Assembly (NCBI GenBank): GCA_016703745.1
Contig: JADJBK010000007.1
Span: forward strand, 1,413-65,412
DNA: 64,000 nt
Reading direction: 5' to 3'
Source of the DNA: Nitrosomonas sp.
GTDB taxonomy: Bacteria > Pseudomonadota > Gammaproteobacteria > Burkholderiales > Nitrosomonadaceae
The notes under the pieces: generated by a model
Seen by the model: the letters and a program-made list of their open reading frames with translations, nothing else
Told to the model about the DNA's origin: nothing
Database searches by the model: none
In this document: positions 12,228-24,556 of the stretch, piece by piece
How positions within the stretch are numbered: the stretch's first letter is position 1
How the letters are laid out: each line of letters begins with the position of its first letter
Translations under genes and position numbers: made by a program

Positions 12228-12549
12228 TCATACGGCTTGTAGTTGGGCAATCCGGTTTCTACCGTTATTGGAAAATAGTTTCAGAAGAAAATATTCTCCA
12301 ATTTTGGTAAAAACCGGATCGACCAACGGCTCACTGTAGAATGATCTACAGATACACCATGCGCCTCCATCATTTCTTCCAGGTGCCGGCAACTTAACGG
12401 ATAGATAGGCTGCGTACCAGCGGATACAGACCAGAATTACCTCAATCTGGAATCGCATTCCTTTCATAACCAGCATGTAGCCTCACTATTTTTTCGATGT
12501 CAACAATCTACACGAAGGTATCGATGATCTCGCTTAATGCGGCAGAACT
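12228..12549 (-). mobile_element. IS6-family remnant (left end plus degenerate transposase 5' part)
   Basis: MKGMRFQIEVILVCIRWYAAY then frameshift; end GTTCTGCCGCATTAAGC. Confidence 0.75.
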
Positions 12550-12623
12550 CGAATTGATAAATATCATTGATACATACTAATTTATGATATATACTTTTGG
12601 TATCTATTTAATAGGAGATTAAT

Positions 12624-12866
12624 ATGCATGCTACTGCCAAGTTATTTACCACTGGCCGGAGCCAAGCACTACGGCTTCCGAAAGAATTCCGCTTTCCGGG
12701 AACGGAAGTATTTATTCGTCGCGATCCTGTAACTGGCGAAGTCATACTGTCGCCAAAACCGGCATCCTGGGCGGAGTTTTTCGAGCTTGCCGATCGCACA
12801 AAGATTCCTGCCGATTTCATGGCGAATCGTGAAGACCTGCCGAACCAAGAAAGAGATTTGTTTTGA
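12624..12866 (+). CDS. vapB: VapB/AbrB-type antitoxin
   Basis: [20 protein letters not shown]; overlaps PIN gene. Confidence 0.9.
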   Translation: MHATAKLFTTGRSQALRLPKEFRFPGTEVFIRRDPVTGEVILSPKPASWAEFFELADRTKIPADFMANREDLPNQERDLF

Positions 12867-13276
12867 TGCGTTATATGCTGGATACAAATATGGCCAGTTA
12901 TATTATCAAAAGCCATCCCCCGGAGATTCGACACCGGCTGGCGGCGCTGCCGATGGGCAGTATTACCATATCCGCAGTCACACAAGGCGAGCTTTTATAT
13001 GGCTTAGCCCGCAAGGGACATCCGGCCACCCTTGCAAAACTTATCCGGGAATTTCTATTTCGTGTTGAGACATTGCCCTGGGAAGAGCAAGCTGCCACCG
13101 TTTATGGCGATTTACGCGCTTCTTGCATGTCGGTTGGCATTACACTTGGGGCACTCGACATGATGATCGCCGCGCATGCAATAGCCGCCAATACAATACT
13201 TGTCACCCATGATAAAGCATTCAGCCTAGTTCCCGATGGTATTTTGACTATCGAAGATTGGATGAATGAAGTTTAA
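12863..13276 (+). CDS. vapC: VapC PIN-domain toxin
   Basis: [28 protein letters not shown] motifs. Confidence 0.92.
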   Translation: MMRYMLDTNMASYIIKSHPPEIRHRLAALPMGSITISAVTQGELLYGLARKGHPATLAKLIREFLFRVETLPWEEQAATVYGDLRASCMSVGITLGALDMMIAAHAIAANTILVTHDKAFSLVPDGILTIEDWMNEV

Positions 13277-13324
13277 GTTATAAACGATGGCGAAAAAAAA
13301 CAAGCTGCTGACGGTACTATTCGA

Positions 13325-13413
13325 GGTTCTGTCGCATTAAGCATTTTTCATCCCAATCTCTCATTTATTTTATTGAATAAAAATTTCCAATAATTGCTTA
13401 ATGCGACAGAAGC
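13325..13413. mobile_element. 89-bp MITE with IS6-like TIRs
   Basis: GGTTCTGTCGCATTAAGC..GCTTAATGCGACAGAAGC; second 89-bp copy reconstructed at 36324-37609. Confidence 0.8.
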
Positions 13414-13455
13414 TTTTAAAACACTGCAATGCTTGTGGATCAATAACGGCTTTGC

Positions 13456-14019
13456 TCATAAAATACTTCTTCCCCCAGGCATATGCCGGTAGAGAGTAGA
13501 AGCTGCAATACCGAGACGCTCTGCAACTTGGGCTACTGTTATTTCTGGGTCTTTAAGCATCGCTTTAGCTGCTGCAATATCATTCTCATTCATAGACTTT
13601 GGTCTTCCTCCCAAGCGCCCACGCGCCCTGGCTGATTCAAGACCGGCTTTAGTGCGCTCACGAATAATCGAACGTTCAAATTCAGCAAGACCAGCAAAGA
13701 TGTGGAACACTAAACGACCGCTTGATGTAGTGGTATCAATAGATTCGGTCAAGGATTGAAAGCCCATGCCTTGTTTTTCTAATCCCTCGACCGTTTCGAT
13801 AAGCTGCTTGATGGAACGGGCAAGCCTATCGAGCTTCCACACCACCAGCGTATCTCCTGAGCGCATGTATTCTAATGCGGCTTTTAATTCATAGCGGTCG
13901 CGCTGCGCCCCTGATGCTTTTTCGATAAAAAGCTTAACGCATCCAACTTTATTTAGCGCATCAATCTGTAATTCTGGGTTTTGGTCTTGCGTTGAAACGC
14001 GAGCATAGCCAACAAGCAT
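13456..14019 (-). CDS. Serine resolvase (187 aa)
   Basis: LVGYARVSTQDQ, VVWKLDRLARS, C-terminal HTH. Confidence 0.95.
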   Translation of the reverse strand: MLVGYARVSTQDQNPELQIDALNKVGCVKLFIEKASGAQRDRYELKAALEYMRSGDTLVVWKLDRLARSIKQLIETVEGLEKQGMGFQSLTESIDTTTSSGRLVFHIFAGLAEFERSIIRERTKAGLESARARGRLGGRPKSMNENDIAAAKAMLKDPEITVAQVAERLGIAASTLYRHMPGGRSIL

Positions 14020-14134
14020 CTTAATTCCTCCTAAAACTCATTCCCATGTTAGCTTTTTAGATGCCATGTTTCAAGAGATAGTTTTAAGATATAAAAACGT
14101 CTATTTTTGGATATTTTTCAGTGAAGTATTGGCA

Positions 14135-14190
14135 TATCTCAAAAACCTTCGTTTTTGAGATAATATATTGTACGCTTTCAAGGCGTACAT
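14135..14190. promoter_or_regulatory. res subsite and probable TA operator
   Basis: TATCTCAAAAA-N6-TTTTTGAGATA and TGTACGC-N7-GCGTACA inverted repeats between divergent resolvase and TA genes. Confidence 0.55.
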
Positions 14191-14250
14191 ATTGCTTGCA
14201 GGATAATTTTAATGTACTATTTCAATGTGTACAACCATAAGGGCCTAACC

Positions 14251-15053
<803 letters not shown>

Positions 15054-15217
15054 TGGGATCGATCAAGCGTTCCGGCTTGCAGACATAATCTGGATCCGCA
15101 TGATTTGCAAACCGGGTCGTATAGTTCATCAACTAAAAATAGATAATGATAATTATTTGTATTAAAAAATAACGGAAGTGTAAACGGTCATTTAGCAGGA
15201 AGCTGCTTTTATAACTC

Positions 15218-15561
15218 CAGATGAACTGGGTGTTTCCCATTTAGGTAATGTGCCAGCAAATAGCGAAAGCCTAGAATCCATATTTTTCGGCACATTGATA
15301 AATATAACTAATTCTTTAGACGCTATAGAACTTAAAAGAATTATTGATTTTCCGCCACTTGATTTAAACAATCTTAATGATTTTATTGCGATAGTGGCTG
15401 ATGCTTTGAGTGATCCTGCCGCGACACCATATTCAGACGAATTCTTAGTAGACTTTACGGTACAAAATGCCGTGGATGAGATTGAAGAATATTGGGCTGG
15501 TGACTCTAGTCTTGTCGGTATTCTTGATAGTAGTCCTTTTTTAGGGTTAGTTATTTCTTAG
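15218..15561 (+). pseudogene. 3' fragment of a near-identical paralogue of 25146-25892
   Basis: PANSESLESIFFGT..SPFLGLVIS identical at protein level to the C-terminal 103 aa of that ORF. Confidence 0.85.
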
Positions 15562-15647
15562 CTTAACCGAGTTATAACTAAATCTGGTGTTTGAGCGGTT
15601 GAAAAATAGCGGTATACCTGAATGATAGTTGTCAGCAAACAATTAAA

Positions 15648-16270
15648 TCAGTCCTGAGTTATCAAACGTTTATGTTTGCCATGATCTGCTTTGACAATAT
15701 TGTTCAGGTATTTCACCTGTCGATGTACCGTATCCTTCGGGCATTTTCCTTCTTCCTTCAATTCAGCAATGGCGGGGCCGAAAGCCGGTGCGTTGTCTGT
15801 ATTGATCATCTTTGGATGTACCCATGGTTTTATGGGCTTGAGTGCTTTGCTGAGAAAACGCTTGGCCGCTTTAGAACTGCGAATAGAGGACAAATAAAAA
15901 TCAATTGTGTGACCAGACTTGTCGACAGCCCGGTATAAGTAAGCCCATTTCCCTTTTAACTTTTACATAAGTCTCATCTACTCGCCTGCTGCGAGCAATC
16001 CCCGCTTTATAGTGCCATCTCAAGCACTTCTCAATTTCTGACGCACATAATGTGCTTTACCCAGCGGTAAAGCGTTGTGTGATCAACTTCGAACCCTCGT
16101 TCCGACATCATCTCTTCCAGTTCACGGTAACTGATTCCATATTTTCAGTACCATCTAACGCAACCAAGAATCACGCCACGATGGTAATGCCGCCACTTGA
16201 AATCCGACATTGCGGTATATCCTTAAAATTTCAATATCGCACCAATTTAATTATTTTTTGCAACAGAGCC
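15648..16270 (-). mobile_element. IS6-family remnant with frameshifted transposase
   Basis: End GGCTCTGTTGCAAAAAA; MINTDNAPAFG..KYLNNIVKADHG motif. Confidence 0.8.
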
Positions 16271-16554
16271 CTCTCAAGAAATAGAGTCTCCTGTAAACCG
16301 GGGAGACTCAAGCAGCCTTCTCATGGAATCAATAGAGCTTTCAGTGAAATACGATTCTTCGATGTCATCGCGCCATATATCCCCTCGGTCAATTGATTCT
16401 CCAATCAATCTCAGTTCTTGATTGCTAAGGTGACGATCAATCAATCCTCGTAACCCAATAGATCCAACTTGCTTTATCAGTGGCCCTTATACGTAAAACT
16501 CAGTATTCATAAATTGGCTATCTACTTATAAGATGCGATTTTTAGAAACTAAAT

Positions 16555-17877
16555 TTGAATATTGTTTATAACATCTTAAATAAATGGATAAAAATGATGG
16601 GTCATAAAAAAATTTTCAATAGTTTTCTCTCAAAACTAGGGCCAGGGTTATTGTATGCTGGAGCGGCTGTTGGTGTATCGCATCTAGTGCAATCAACACG
16701 CGCTGGCGGAATGTTTGGGTTCGAACTGATTCTCGCTATCGTGATTATTCACCTCATCAAGTATCCATTCTTCGAATTCGGACCACGTTACACGGCAGCT
16801 ACCGGCGAGAACATTCTGCATGGCTACATGAAGCTAGGCAAGTGGGCAGTCTGGGCGTATCTATTGATGACACTATCAACCATGTTCATTATCCAGGCTA
16901 CAGTTACTGTTGTAACCGCAGGACTGTTTGCTCATATTTTTGAACTTGAAACATTAGGTGGATATGAGCCACAAATAATTGCCGCAATCATAAGTAGCTT
17001 GCTTCTACTTATCTGTTTCACGTTACTGTCAAGTGGGCACTATGTGTTGCTGGATAAATTGATGAAAGTCATTATTCTAATGCTATCAGTTACGACTATT
17101 GGTGCTGTGATAGCGCTGCTATTTGATAACCTCGGTCACTATGAATCCGGGACAATTCATTTTTCTTTAAGTGAAGCTACGCACTTATTATTTCTTATAA
17201 CACTATTGGGATGGATGCCAGCGCCACTTGAGCTCTCAATATGGCATTCAATATGGTCGCAAAGTAAGAATGAAAGTGATGGCAGGATTACCAGTGTGAA
17301 GGAAGCCATCTTTGATTTCAGGGTGGGATTTTTTGGAACTGCTTTTCTAGCAATATGTTTTCTAGCGCTCGGCGCTCTAGTGATGTATGGAAGCGGCAAA
17401 TCATTCGATTCTAATGCCGTTAAATTTGCAGAACAATTACTGGAAATGTATCAACAGGCGCTCGGTGACTGGGCCTATCCAATTGTTGCTCTTGCTGCGC
17501 TTACCACCATGTTTAGCACGACACTGACCTTACTGGATGCCTTTCCACGCAGCATCGGTGTGTCGCTGGAGCTATTGTTTCCGCAGCGCATCAATCATCG
17601 TAAAAATGGAACCATTTACCTTACCTGGTTAGTGATTACAATTGCTGGAACACTTCTGATACTTTTCTTTTTCTTGCCTTCCATGGCGGAGATGGTAAAG
17701 ATCGCTACGGTGGTTGCATTTGTCGCCGCGCCTGTACTGGCAATACTTAATACACTGGCGATGTTTGATAAAACCATTCCTCAGCAATATCGCCCTGGAA
17801 AACTTATGTTGCTCTGGTGTTTGCTTGGATTAACTGTATTAATCGGCTGTTCCGCCAGCTATTTAATTTTGTTTTGA
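16555..17877 (+). CDS. NRAMP-like divalent metal transporter (start may be slightly downstream)
   Basis: LGPGLLYAGAAVGVSHLVQSTRAG, about 11 hydrophobic segments, GWMPAP. Confidence 0.8.
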   Translation: MNIVYNILNKWIKMMGHKKIFNSFLSKLGPGLLYAGAAVGVSHLVQSTRAGGMFGFELILAIVIIHLIKYPFFEFGPRYTAATGENILHGYMKLGKWAVWAYLLMTLSTMFIIQATVTVVTAGLFAHIFELETLGGYEPQIIAAIISSLLLLICFTLLSSGHYVLLDKLMKVIILMLSVTTIGAVIALLFDNLGHYESGTIHFSLSEATHLLFLITLLGWMPAPLELSIWHSIWSQSKNESDGRITSVKEAIFDFRVGFFGTAFLAICFLALGALVMYGSGKSFDSNAVKFAEQLLEMYQQALGDWAYPIVALAALTTMFSTTLTLLDAFPRSIGVSLELLFPQRINHRKNGTIYLTWLVITIAGTLLILFFFLPSMAEMVKIATVVAFVAAPVLAILNTLAMFDKTIPQQYRPGKLMLLWCLLGLTVLIGCSASYLILF

Positions 17878-18077
17878 GAGCTAGTCAAATGGAATGGTCT
17901 TGTTACATTAATCACATCAATACAAAAAACAGCAAATAAGATCAAGCATACAACGCATTCACTTAGATCCTTTGTCTATACGGAAAAATAGTCAAGGTAC
18001 TTAATTTTACGTAGTTTAATTTCATTTAATATGCTTCATAATTTTGTTTCGAAACAATAATTGAAGAAGAGGGGTTA

Positions 18078-19430
18078 ATGAAATTACGAGACAAGGATTT
18101 ATTGGCAATTGGTCCGTTGGTTATGATTCTGACGATACTGGCTGTTGGCCTTGTCGTTTTTTACCAAGCGTACACATTGCCACAGCAAATGCGCGAGAAA
18201 ATAAAAGAAGACTATCTTGAAGCTAAAAAGAATGATCTCAGGGGGCATATCAAAATGGCGACAAAGGCCATCATGCATTTATATAAGCCAGGATCAATTC
18301 TAACAAATGATGAAGCAAAAGAAGAGGCTAAAAAGATTCTAACAAACTTAAGATATAGTGAGGAAGACGGCTATTTCTTTGGCTTTCAGCTTGATGGAAC
18401 TGCTGTTTTCCATCCCTTTTTAAGAGATTGGATTGGCCAAAATAAATGGGATTACCAGGATCAAAATGGGAAATTTGTAATACGAGACCTGATTAAGGCT
18501 GCTCGTGAAGGTGACGGATTTGAAGAGTATATTTTTCGGAAACCCTCTGTTGTTGATGATGAGGGAAGATCCAAGCTTGCTTACGTAGTTGTGTTGCCTG
18601 AATTGGATTTTGTTCTTGGAACGGGAACATATCAGGATGATATAGATAGCTTCCTTAATGGTATTGAGGTGGCGGTATCGAACTATATACGTAATTCAAT
18701 GGCATGGATTGCTTTGATTGCATTCCTGGGCCTGTTAATTCTGAGTTTTGCTCAAAGGCGCATTGGGGAGATTGTTGCGTTAAGCGATATAACCACGAAG
18801 CTGCATGATAATGTGAAACAGGAATCAGCTTTTATAATACGTGAAATAGGTAATAAATTAGAAAATTCTAACGAATTATCAGATGTTTCTGGTGATTTGT
18901 ATTTGCTTAAAAAAATAGATGCCTCTGCGCAACGTAGTTTGAAATGGATGCGTGCTTTTATTGCGGGAGAAGATCCCAATAACCTTGCATTAGTCGATAG
19001 ATTAAATGAAGTCATAGAGTGCTTTAAAGAGAGGGAAGAGAATATTGCTGTTAATTTCTCTCCATCAAATGAGCTAGGCACTCAATTGAATAATCTATCT
19101 GAAACTAAAAAATCAGTTTTGACTGAGATTGCTACAGAAGCGCTGAATAATATAGGTGCGCACGTAAAAGGTGTCACTCTAGTAGCCATACAGCTACAAG
19201 TGAATGTCTGTAATGTCATTCTGAGTATTCAAAATGATGGAGCTGGCTTTGAACCTGGTAATGCCCAGAGAGGAACAGGGTTGAATACCATGGAAAAGAA
19301 CATCAAAAAAATAGGCGGGACGTTTCATGTTGCATCATCGCCTTCAAAAGAAGGGGCAACCATAACAGTCACAGTCCCGTTAAGCCACAATATCGGGAGT
19401 TACCTGCTATGTCTGATGAAACGTCAATAA
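18078..19430 (+). CDS. Single-Cache sensor histidine kinase (NarX/UhpB-like)
   Basis: TM-Cache (YFFGFQLDG..HP..DQNGKFVIRDLI)-TM, LHD H-box, EALNN N-box, NDGAGF and GTGL G-boxes. Confidence 0.8.
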   Translation: MKLRDKDLLAIGPLVMILTILAVGLVVFYQAYTLPQQMREKIKEDYLEAKKNDLRGHIKMATKAIMHLYKPGSILTNDEAKEEAKKILTNLRYSEEDGYFFGFQLDGTAVFHPFLRDWIGQNKWDYQDQNGKFVIRDLIKAAREGDGFEEYIFRKPSVVDDEGRSKLAYVVVLPELDFVLGTGTYQDDIDSFLNGIEVAVSNYIRNSMAWIALIAFLGLLILSFAQRRIGEIVALSDITTKLHDNVKQESAFIIREIGNKLENSNELSDVSGDLYLLKKIDASAQRSLKWMRAFIAGEDPNNLALVDRLNEVIECFKEREENIAVNFSPSNELGTQLNNLSETKKSVLTEIATEALNNIGAHVKGVTLVAIQLQVNVCNVILSIQNDGAGFEPGNAQRGTGLNTMEKNIKKIGGTFHVASSPSKEGATITVTVPLSHNIGSYLLCLMKRQ

Positions 19431-20371
19431 GTATGATAGGCCCCATCAAGATTCTGTTGATAGAAGATAACCAGCGGATGCAAGAGAGTCTCAAAAATGG
19501 TTTTCAAGGGGTTGATTCAAATTATCAGTTTGTTGCAGAAACCGGCAATGGCAAGAAAGCACTGGAAATTTTACAAACCACGAAAATTGATCTGGTGATT
19601 ATGGATTATAGATTGGAGGAAAAAGACCTTTGGGGGGTGGAGCTTACCAAATATATTGTAAAACAATATCCAGATATAAAAATCATCTTCTGGAGCGTAA
19701 ATATTCGATCGGTAGATGTGAATAAGGCAAAAAATGCTGGTGCGCACGGCTATATGCCGAAGGAAAGCAGAAACATTGAAATTAAAGTCGCTATTGATAA
19801 AGTTATGCGTGGCGAAGAAGTCTGGCTTGATACAAACTCAAGTTCAAACCTGACCAAAACGGAAATAAAAGTGATGGAGCAGCTTGCTAAAGGAAAATCA
19901 AATCAGAAAATCGCAATTGCGCTTTTAAGAAAAAAATTCCTGAATAAAACCAAAAATGAAATGGGATTCGCAGACAAATATAAGACTATAGATGAATATA
20001 TGGATGAAGTGTGTGATAAGACTGGGACTATGCGCCTCGAATCTCAAACAACAACTGTGCAAACGCATCTCGTAAATATAAAAAGAAAATGTAATGGCCT
20101 GAGTCGGGGAGAGTTAATTAGGGAAGCCATTGATAAATATAGTGAACTTGAAGATAAACGAGATATTTCATCAGAAGATGTAGCTGTACTGGAATTACTA
20201 CATTACGCAGTAAAACCTGAATTGATTGCGAAAACCCTTGCAATTAGCGAACGTAATGTGGAAAAGATCCGGAACAAATTCAACCCGGAAGAAATTAAAA
20301 CATTCTTGGGCGCCTCGAAAAACCTCGACTCGCCCACTCTTGATAGACTTGGTAAAATTACGCTGTCCTGA
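19409..20371 (+). CDS. NarL/LuxR-type response regulator, last codon hit by IS5
   Basis: REC domain (ILLIED, VIMDY, GYMPK); LuxR-like HTH; removing the IS and one TCTT restores KTFL-TAA. Confidence 0.85.
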   Translation: MSDETSISMIGPIKILLIEDNQRMQESLKNGFQGVDSNYQFVAETGNGKKALEILQTTKIDLVIMDYRLEEKDLWGVELTKYIVKQYPDIKIIFWSVNIRSVDVNKAKNAGAHGYMPKESRNIEIKVAIDKVMRGEEVWLDTNSSSNLTKTEIKVMEQLAKGKSNQKIAIALLRKKFLNKTKNEMGFADKYKTIDEYMDEVCDKTGTMRLESQTTTVQTHLVNIKRKCNGLSRGELIREAIDKYSELEDKRDISSEDVAVLELLHYAVKPELIAKTLAISERNVEKIRNKFNPEEIKTFLGASKNLDSPTLDRLGKITLS

Positions 20372-21594
20372 GACCCGTTCTTCTCCTGCCGATGAAACCA
20401 CATAGCGCCATCAAGCTTGACCTGTTCGCCGACGAACACCACCGCAAGAAAATCGACTCGCTGGGTGATCCACTGGTTGAGATCGAGTCGCACATTGACT
20501 TTGCTGCCTTGGCGATGGAGGTTGATCGGGTGGCGCCCCGTCCGATGAGTCCGCAGGGCGGACGTCCGCCGTACCCGACCGAGACGATGGTTCGCATTCT
20601 TGTTCTGGAGCGTCTGTACAACCTCTCGGATGAACAGACGGAGTACCAGTTGCTCGACCGCATGAGCTACAAACGGTTCTGCGGACTGGCGAACGCGACG
20701 AACGTCCCCGACCGCACCACCGTGTGGACCTTCGAGAACCGGATCGGTGAAGCAGGGGCCAAGGCGCTGTTCGACGGCGTCTCCGCGCAGCTGCTCCAAC
20801 ATGGATGCATCGCGCGTGGCGGTCAGATCATCGACGCCACGCTGGTGCCGGCGCCCAGGCAGCACAACAGTCGAGGCGAGAAAGGACTCATCAAGCAAGG
20901 CGCGATGCCCGCCGACTGGAAGCCGGCGAAGCGGCGCCAGAAGGACACCGACGCGACCTGGACGAAGAAACACGGCAAGAGCCACTTCGGCTACAAGCTG
21001 TCAATCAGTGTCGACAAGAAGCACAAGATCATCCGCCGGATTGAGACCGATACCGCCTCCACGCACGATAGCCAGCACTTTGACAACGTCTTTGACACGA
21101 GCAACACGAGTCGTGATGTCTATGCCGATCGAGGCTACCCGTCGGAGGAGCGTGCAGCCTGGCTCAAGGAGAACGGTTTCCGAAACCAGATTCAGCGGAA
21201 AGGCAAGCGCAACAAGCTGCTGTCCGAGTGCCAGCAGCGACGCAACAAACGTATTGCCAAGACGCGCGCACGGGTCGAGCACGTGTTCGGCGCTATCGAG
21301 CAGATGGGCGGCAAGTTGCTGCGCACTATCGGTCAGGCGCGGGCCAACTTTGCGATGACGATGGTGGCGGCTTGCTACAACCTGAAGCGACTGGTCTACT
21401 TCGAAGAGACAGGAATCAGGGCCTTTTAACACCCGAAATGGGCTGAATCGCCAATGTCCAGGGCGATTCGAGGTAAAAACAGCGCGACATCGCCAGGAAA
21501 AGTGGCGATTTGTCGTGGAAATCAAACCTAATTCGGTCACGGTCATCATTTTGCGGCAGAATTTACTGAAAACCTCGGGTTATTCGAGGTGCCC
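20308..21594 (+). mobile_element. IS5-family element copy 1; transposase 20392-21429
   Basis: GGGCGCCTCGAA..TTCGAGGTGCCC ends, 4-bp TCTT target duplication, IIDATLV, YADRGY, RARVEHVFG. Confidence 0.95.
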
Positions 21595-22021
21595 TCTTGT
21601 AACTTTCTTATCTCATATCCTGCGATTTAGGAGTGTTATAAACATGAGAATAAATATTAAAAATAATTACTTAATGTTATTTAACTCGGTATTAGTTAAG
21701 GACTAAACCTTATGACAGCACCAAGTACCTCTGAAAAAATTATTTTTAGGCCATTAACCGGTAACAATCTGATAGATGCATTATTGTCGGGTACTCAATG
21801 GGCAAGCAATTTAATTACATATAGCTTTCCTACTAGAGATTCTTACTGGTCAACTGATCCAATAAAGGGTTATGGCCCAAATACTGATACTCAAAGCGAA
21901 CCCTGGAGTTTATTATTTGCACCTATTACCTTATCTGATCAGGATCGTTTTAATGATGCACTGCAACAGTGGGGAGATGTCGCAAATGTACAATTTAAAT
22001 TAATTATAGAATCTTCCTCTT

Positions 22022-23137
22022 CCGTGCTTATCCGGTTGTCTCCCAAGCCCACTACCGGTAGTATGTTGAGCATCTGCGCCAACCTGAGGTGGTCATGGTT
22101 ATCGACGTGCTTGAGCGAGACGATTTGCCGTTCCCTCGCTCGCTTCCTGATTTTCAGCGACTGTTCCCGAACGAAGCGGCCTGCGCGGCCTATCTTGAGC
22201 GCGCCCGATGGAGCGACGGATTCGTTTGTGACTACTGCGGCACACTCGGAGAGCCTTATCGCTTCGCCAATCACCCCAGCGTTTGTCGGTGCCGTCACTG
22301 CAACCGAGACACGAGCCTCACTGCGGGCACCGTCATGGAACGCACCCACAAACCTCTCTCCGTATGGTTCTGGGCAGCCTACTTGGTTGCCAGCCAAACA
22401 CCCGGTATGTCTGCTGCCCAATTCCAGCGGCAACTCGGGCTGTCGCGTTATGAGACTGCTTTCCAGATTCTCCACAAACTGCGGGTCGGCATGGTGCGTC
22501 CCGACCAAGATCGGATTGGTGGCAACCCCTTCGATGCCGTCGAGGCCGATGAAACCTACGTCGGAGGACGTACTCGCGGCAAGGGTCGAGGCGTTCACGA
22601 CATGGTTCTCGTCGCCGGTGCGGTCGAGGTTAAACAGCGCAAGCACGGTGGCAGCCTCAATAAGCGGAGGACTGGGCGTTACGCCGGACGTGTTCGGCTC
22701 GCTGTGGTGCCAGACCGCAGTGCCAAATCGTTGGGCGGTTTCATTGAGCGCGTCGTTACGCCAGGCGCCACCATCATTACCGATGACTGGAGCGGCTACG
22801 CGGCGCTTGAAAAGCGAGGGTATCTTCATACCGCCGTTGCGGAACGTGGCGACATGCAAGTTGCCGAAACTTTTCTGCCCATCATTCACCTCGTGTTCTC
22901 CAATCTCAAAACATGGTTACGTGGCATTCACCACGGCGTCAGCCCGCAACACCTGCAAGCCTATCTCAACGAATTCACGTTTCGATTCAACCGCCGTTTC
23001 TACCCTTTCAACGCATTCCGTTCCCTGCTTGGCATTGCTGGTGATGTCACTGCGCCGACCTATGCTGAACTTTATACAAAAAAATCACGGCCCACTACTA
23101 CATCTAGCTACCTTGGGAGTTAACCGGATAAGCACGG
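22022..23137 (+). mobile_element. IS1595-family element; transposase 22089-23123
   Basis: TIRs CCGTGCTTATCCGGTT/AACCGGATAAGCACGG; CxxC zinc ribbon, EADETYVGG, TDDW, YLNEFTFRFNRR; GAATCTTC recurs at both junctions. Confidence 0.93.
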
Positions 23138-23317
23138 AATCTTCTAATGATGTTGGTGATATTCGGGTGGCTTATACTTCGGTTGATGCAGGCGAACAAG
23201 CTCATACATACTTGCCCCAGAATGGGTATGCTTACTCTGGTGATATCTGGGTTGGTATAGATAGCACTAATGCATCTCAGGAGTGGATACCTGGTTCCTA
23301 CGAATATCAAACAATAA

Positions 23318-23955
23318 CCTGATTAGCAACGAACGTCAGCAAGGTTTGTCTGACGAGTTTGTTGCGACATAAAAATTATAGCTGTTAAATGATACAAGGA
23401 GTTATCGATCATGGCGATGAATCGAATTCATCCAGGTCGATGATGCTTATCTTGGTGGAGAGCGTGCGGGAGGAAAAGCGGGTAGAGGTTCAGAGAATAA
23501 GCTGCCCATTGTTGCCGCTGTGTCTCTGACTGAGGATGATCACCCTTTGCGCGTGAGGCTTACCCCAGTCTCGGGATTTACGCAAAAGGCAATTTCAGCC
23601 TGGGCAAATGATTGTCTGGCGCCCGGCAGCACGGTATTCTCGGATGCTTTGGTGCCGTTACTGAAATTGGCTGTAGCCACCATTTTACAGTTATCGCCGG
23701 ACGCAAACCAAAGGAGACTCCCGAGTTCCGGTGGATCAACACTATCCTCGGCAATCTCAAGACCAGCTTGTCGGGTTGTTACCATGCGTTCAACTTCCGC
23801 AAGTATGCCGCTCGCTATCTTGCTGCCTTCAGTTACCGATTCAACTGGCGTTTTGATCTTTGCGCACTGCACGAACGATTGCTGATCGCCGCTGCTTCGA
23901 CCACTCCGCAGCCCCTGCGCTCTATTCGAATGGCTGACGTTCGTTGCTAATCAGG
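23318..23955 (+). mobile_element. Internally deleted IS1595-family element (638 bp)
   Basis: Perfect 23-bp TIRs CCTGATTAGCAACGAACGTCAGC; perfect 8-bp target duplication AACAATAA; fragmented transposase. Confidence 0.92.
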
Positions 23956-24556
23956 AACAATAATGCATGAAATTGGCCATACGCTAGGACTTAAGCATCC
24001 TTTCGAAGGTTCACTGACGCTTCCAGTCTCTTGGGATTCACAATCTGAAACTATCATGAGTTATTCAGCCATTACAGGGAATAAAAACTCAATTTTTCCG
24101 TATTATCCCACGACCCCTATGCCATTAGATATTCAGGCTATCCAGTCTATATACGGCCCAAACAATACGTACCATAATGGAAATGATAATTATTTATTTA
24201 ATGACGCACAGACTTACCATGAGACCATCCGGGATAGTGGTGGAACTGACTGGGTTATATACACTGGCTTTCAAGATTACATCATTGACTTACGTGAAGG
24301 AAATGGATCGAGTATCGGTAAACCGGTATACGTAGAGTATGGCAATGCCACGAACGACACTCAAGTTTTTAATGTCTGGATTGCTTATCATGCGGTCATT
24401 GAAAACGCATCTGGTGGTTATGGGAACGATTTCATAAAATATGACCTGAATCTCTAGCAGTAAAGGCTTTATCAGGATGATTTTTTGTGGCGGATTGAGC
24501 GAATGGTTATGCCTTATATCGTAACCTAAAGTGACGTTCGCCTGGACGAATCAGCC

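Larger units (their letters stand above)
21712..24457 (+). pseudogene. Serralysin-like (M10B metzincin) protease, twice interrupted and 3'-truncated
   Basis: Segments 21712-22021, 23138-23317 and 23956-24457 rejoin; HEIGHTLGLKH zinc motif, TIMSY Met-turn; stops after one GGYGND RTX-like repeat. Confidence 0.85.

Noticed and set aside
20203-21549. Long overlapping ORFs within the IS5 copies (also 31515-32778)
   Set aside because: Shadow frames of a GC-rich transposase gene with no recognisable motifs
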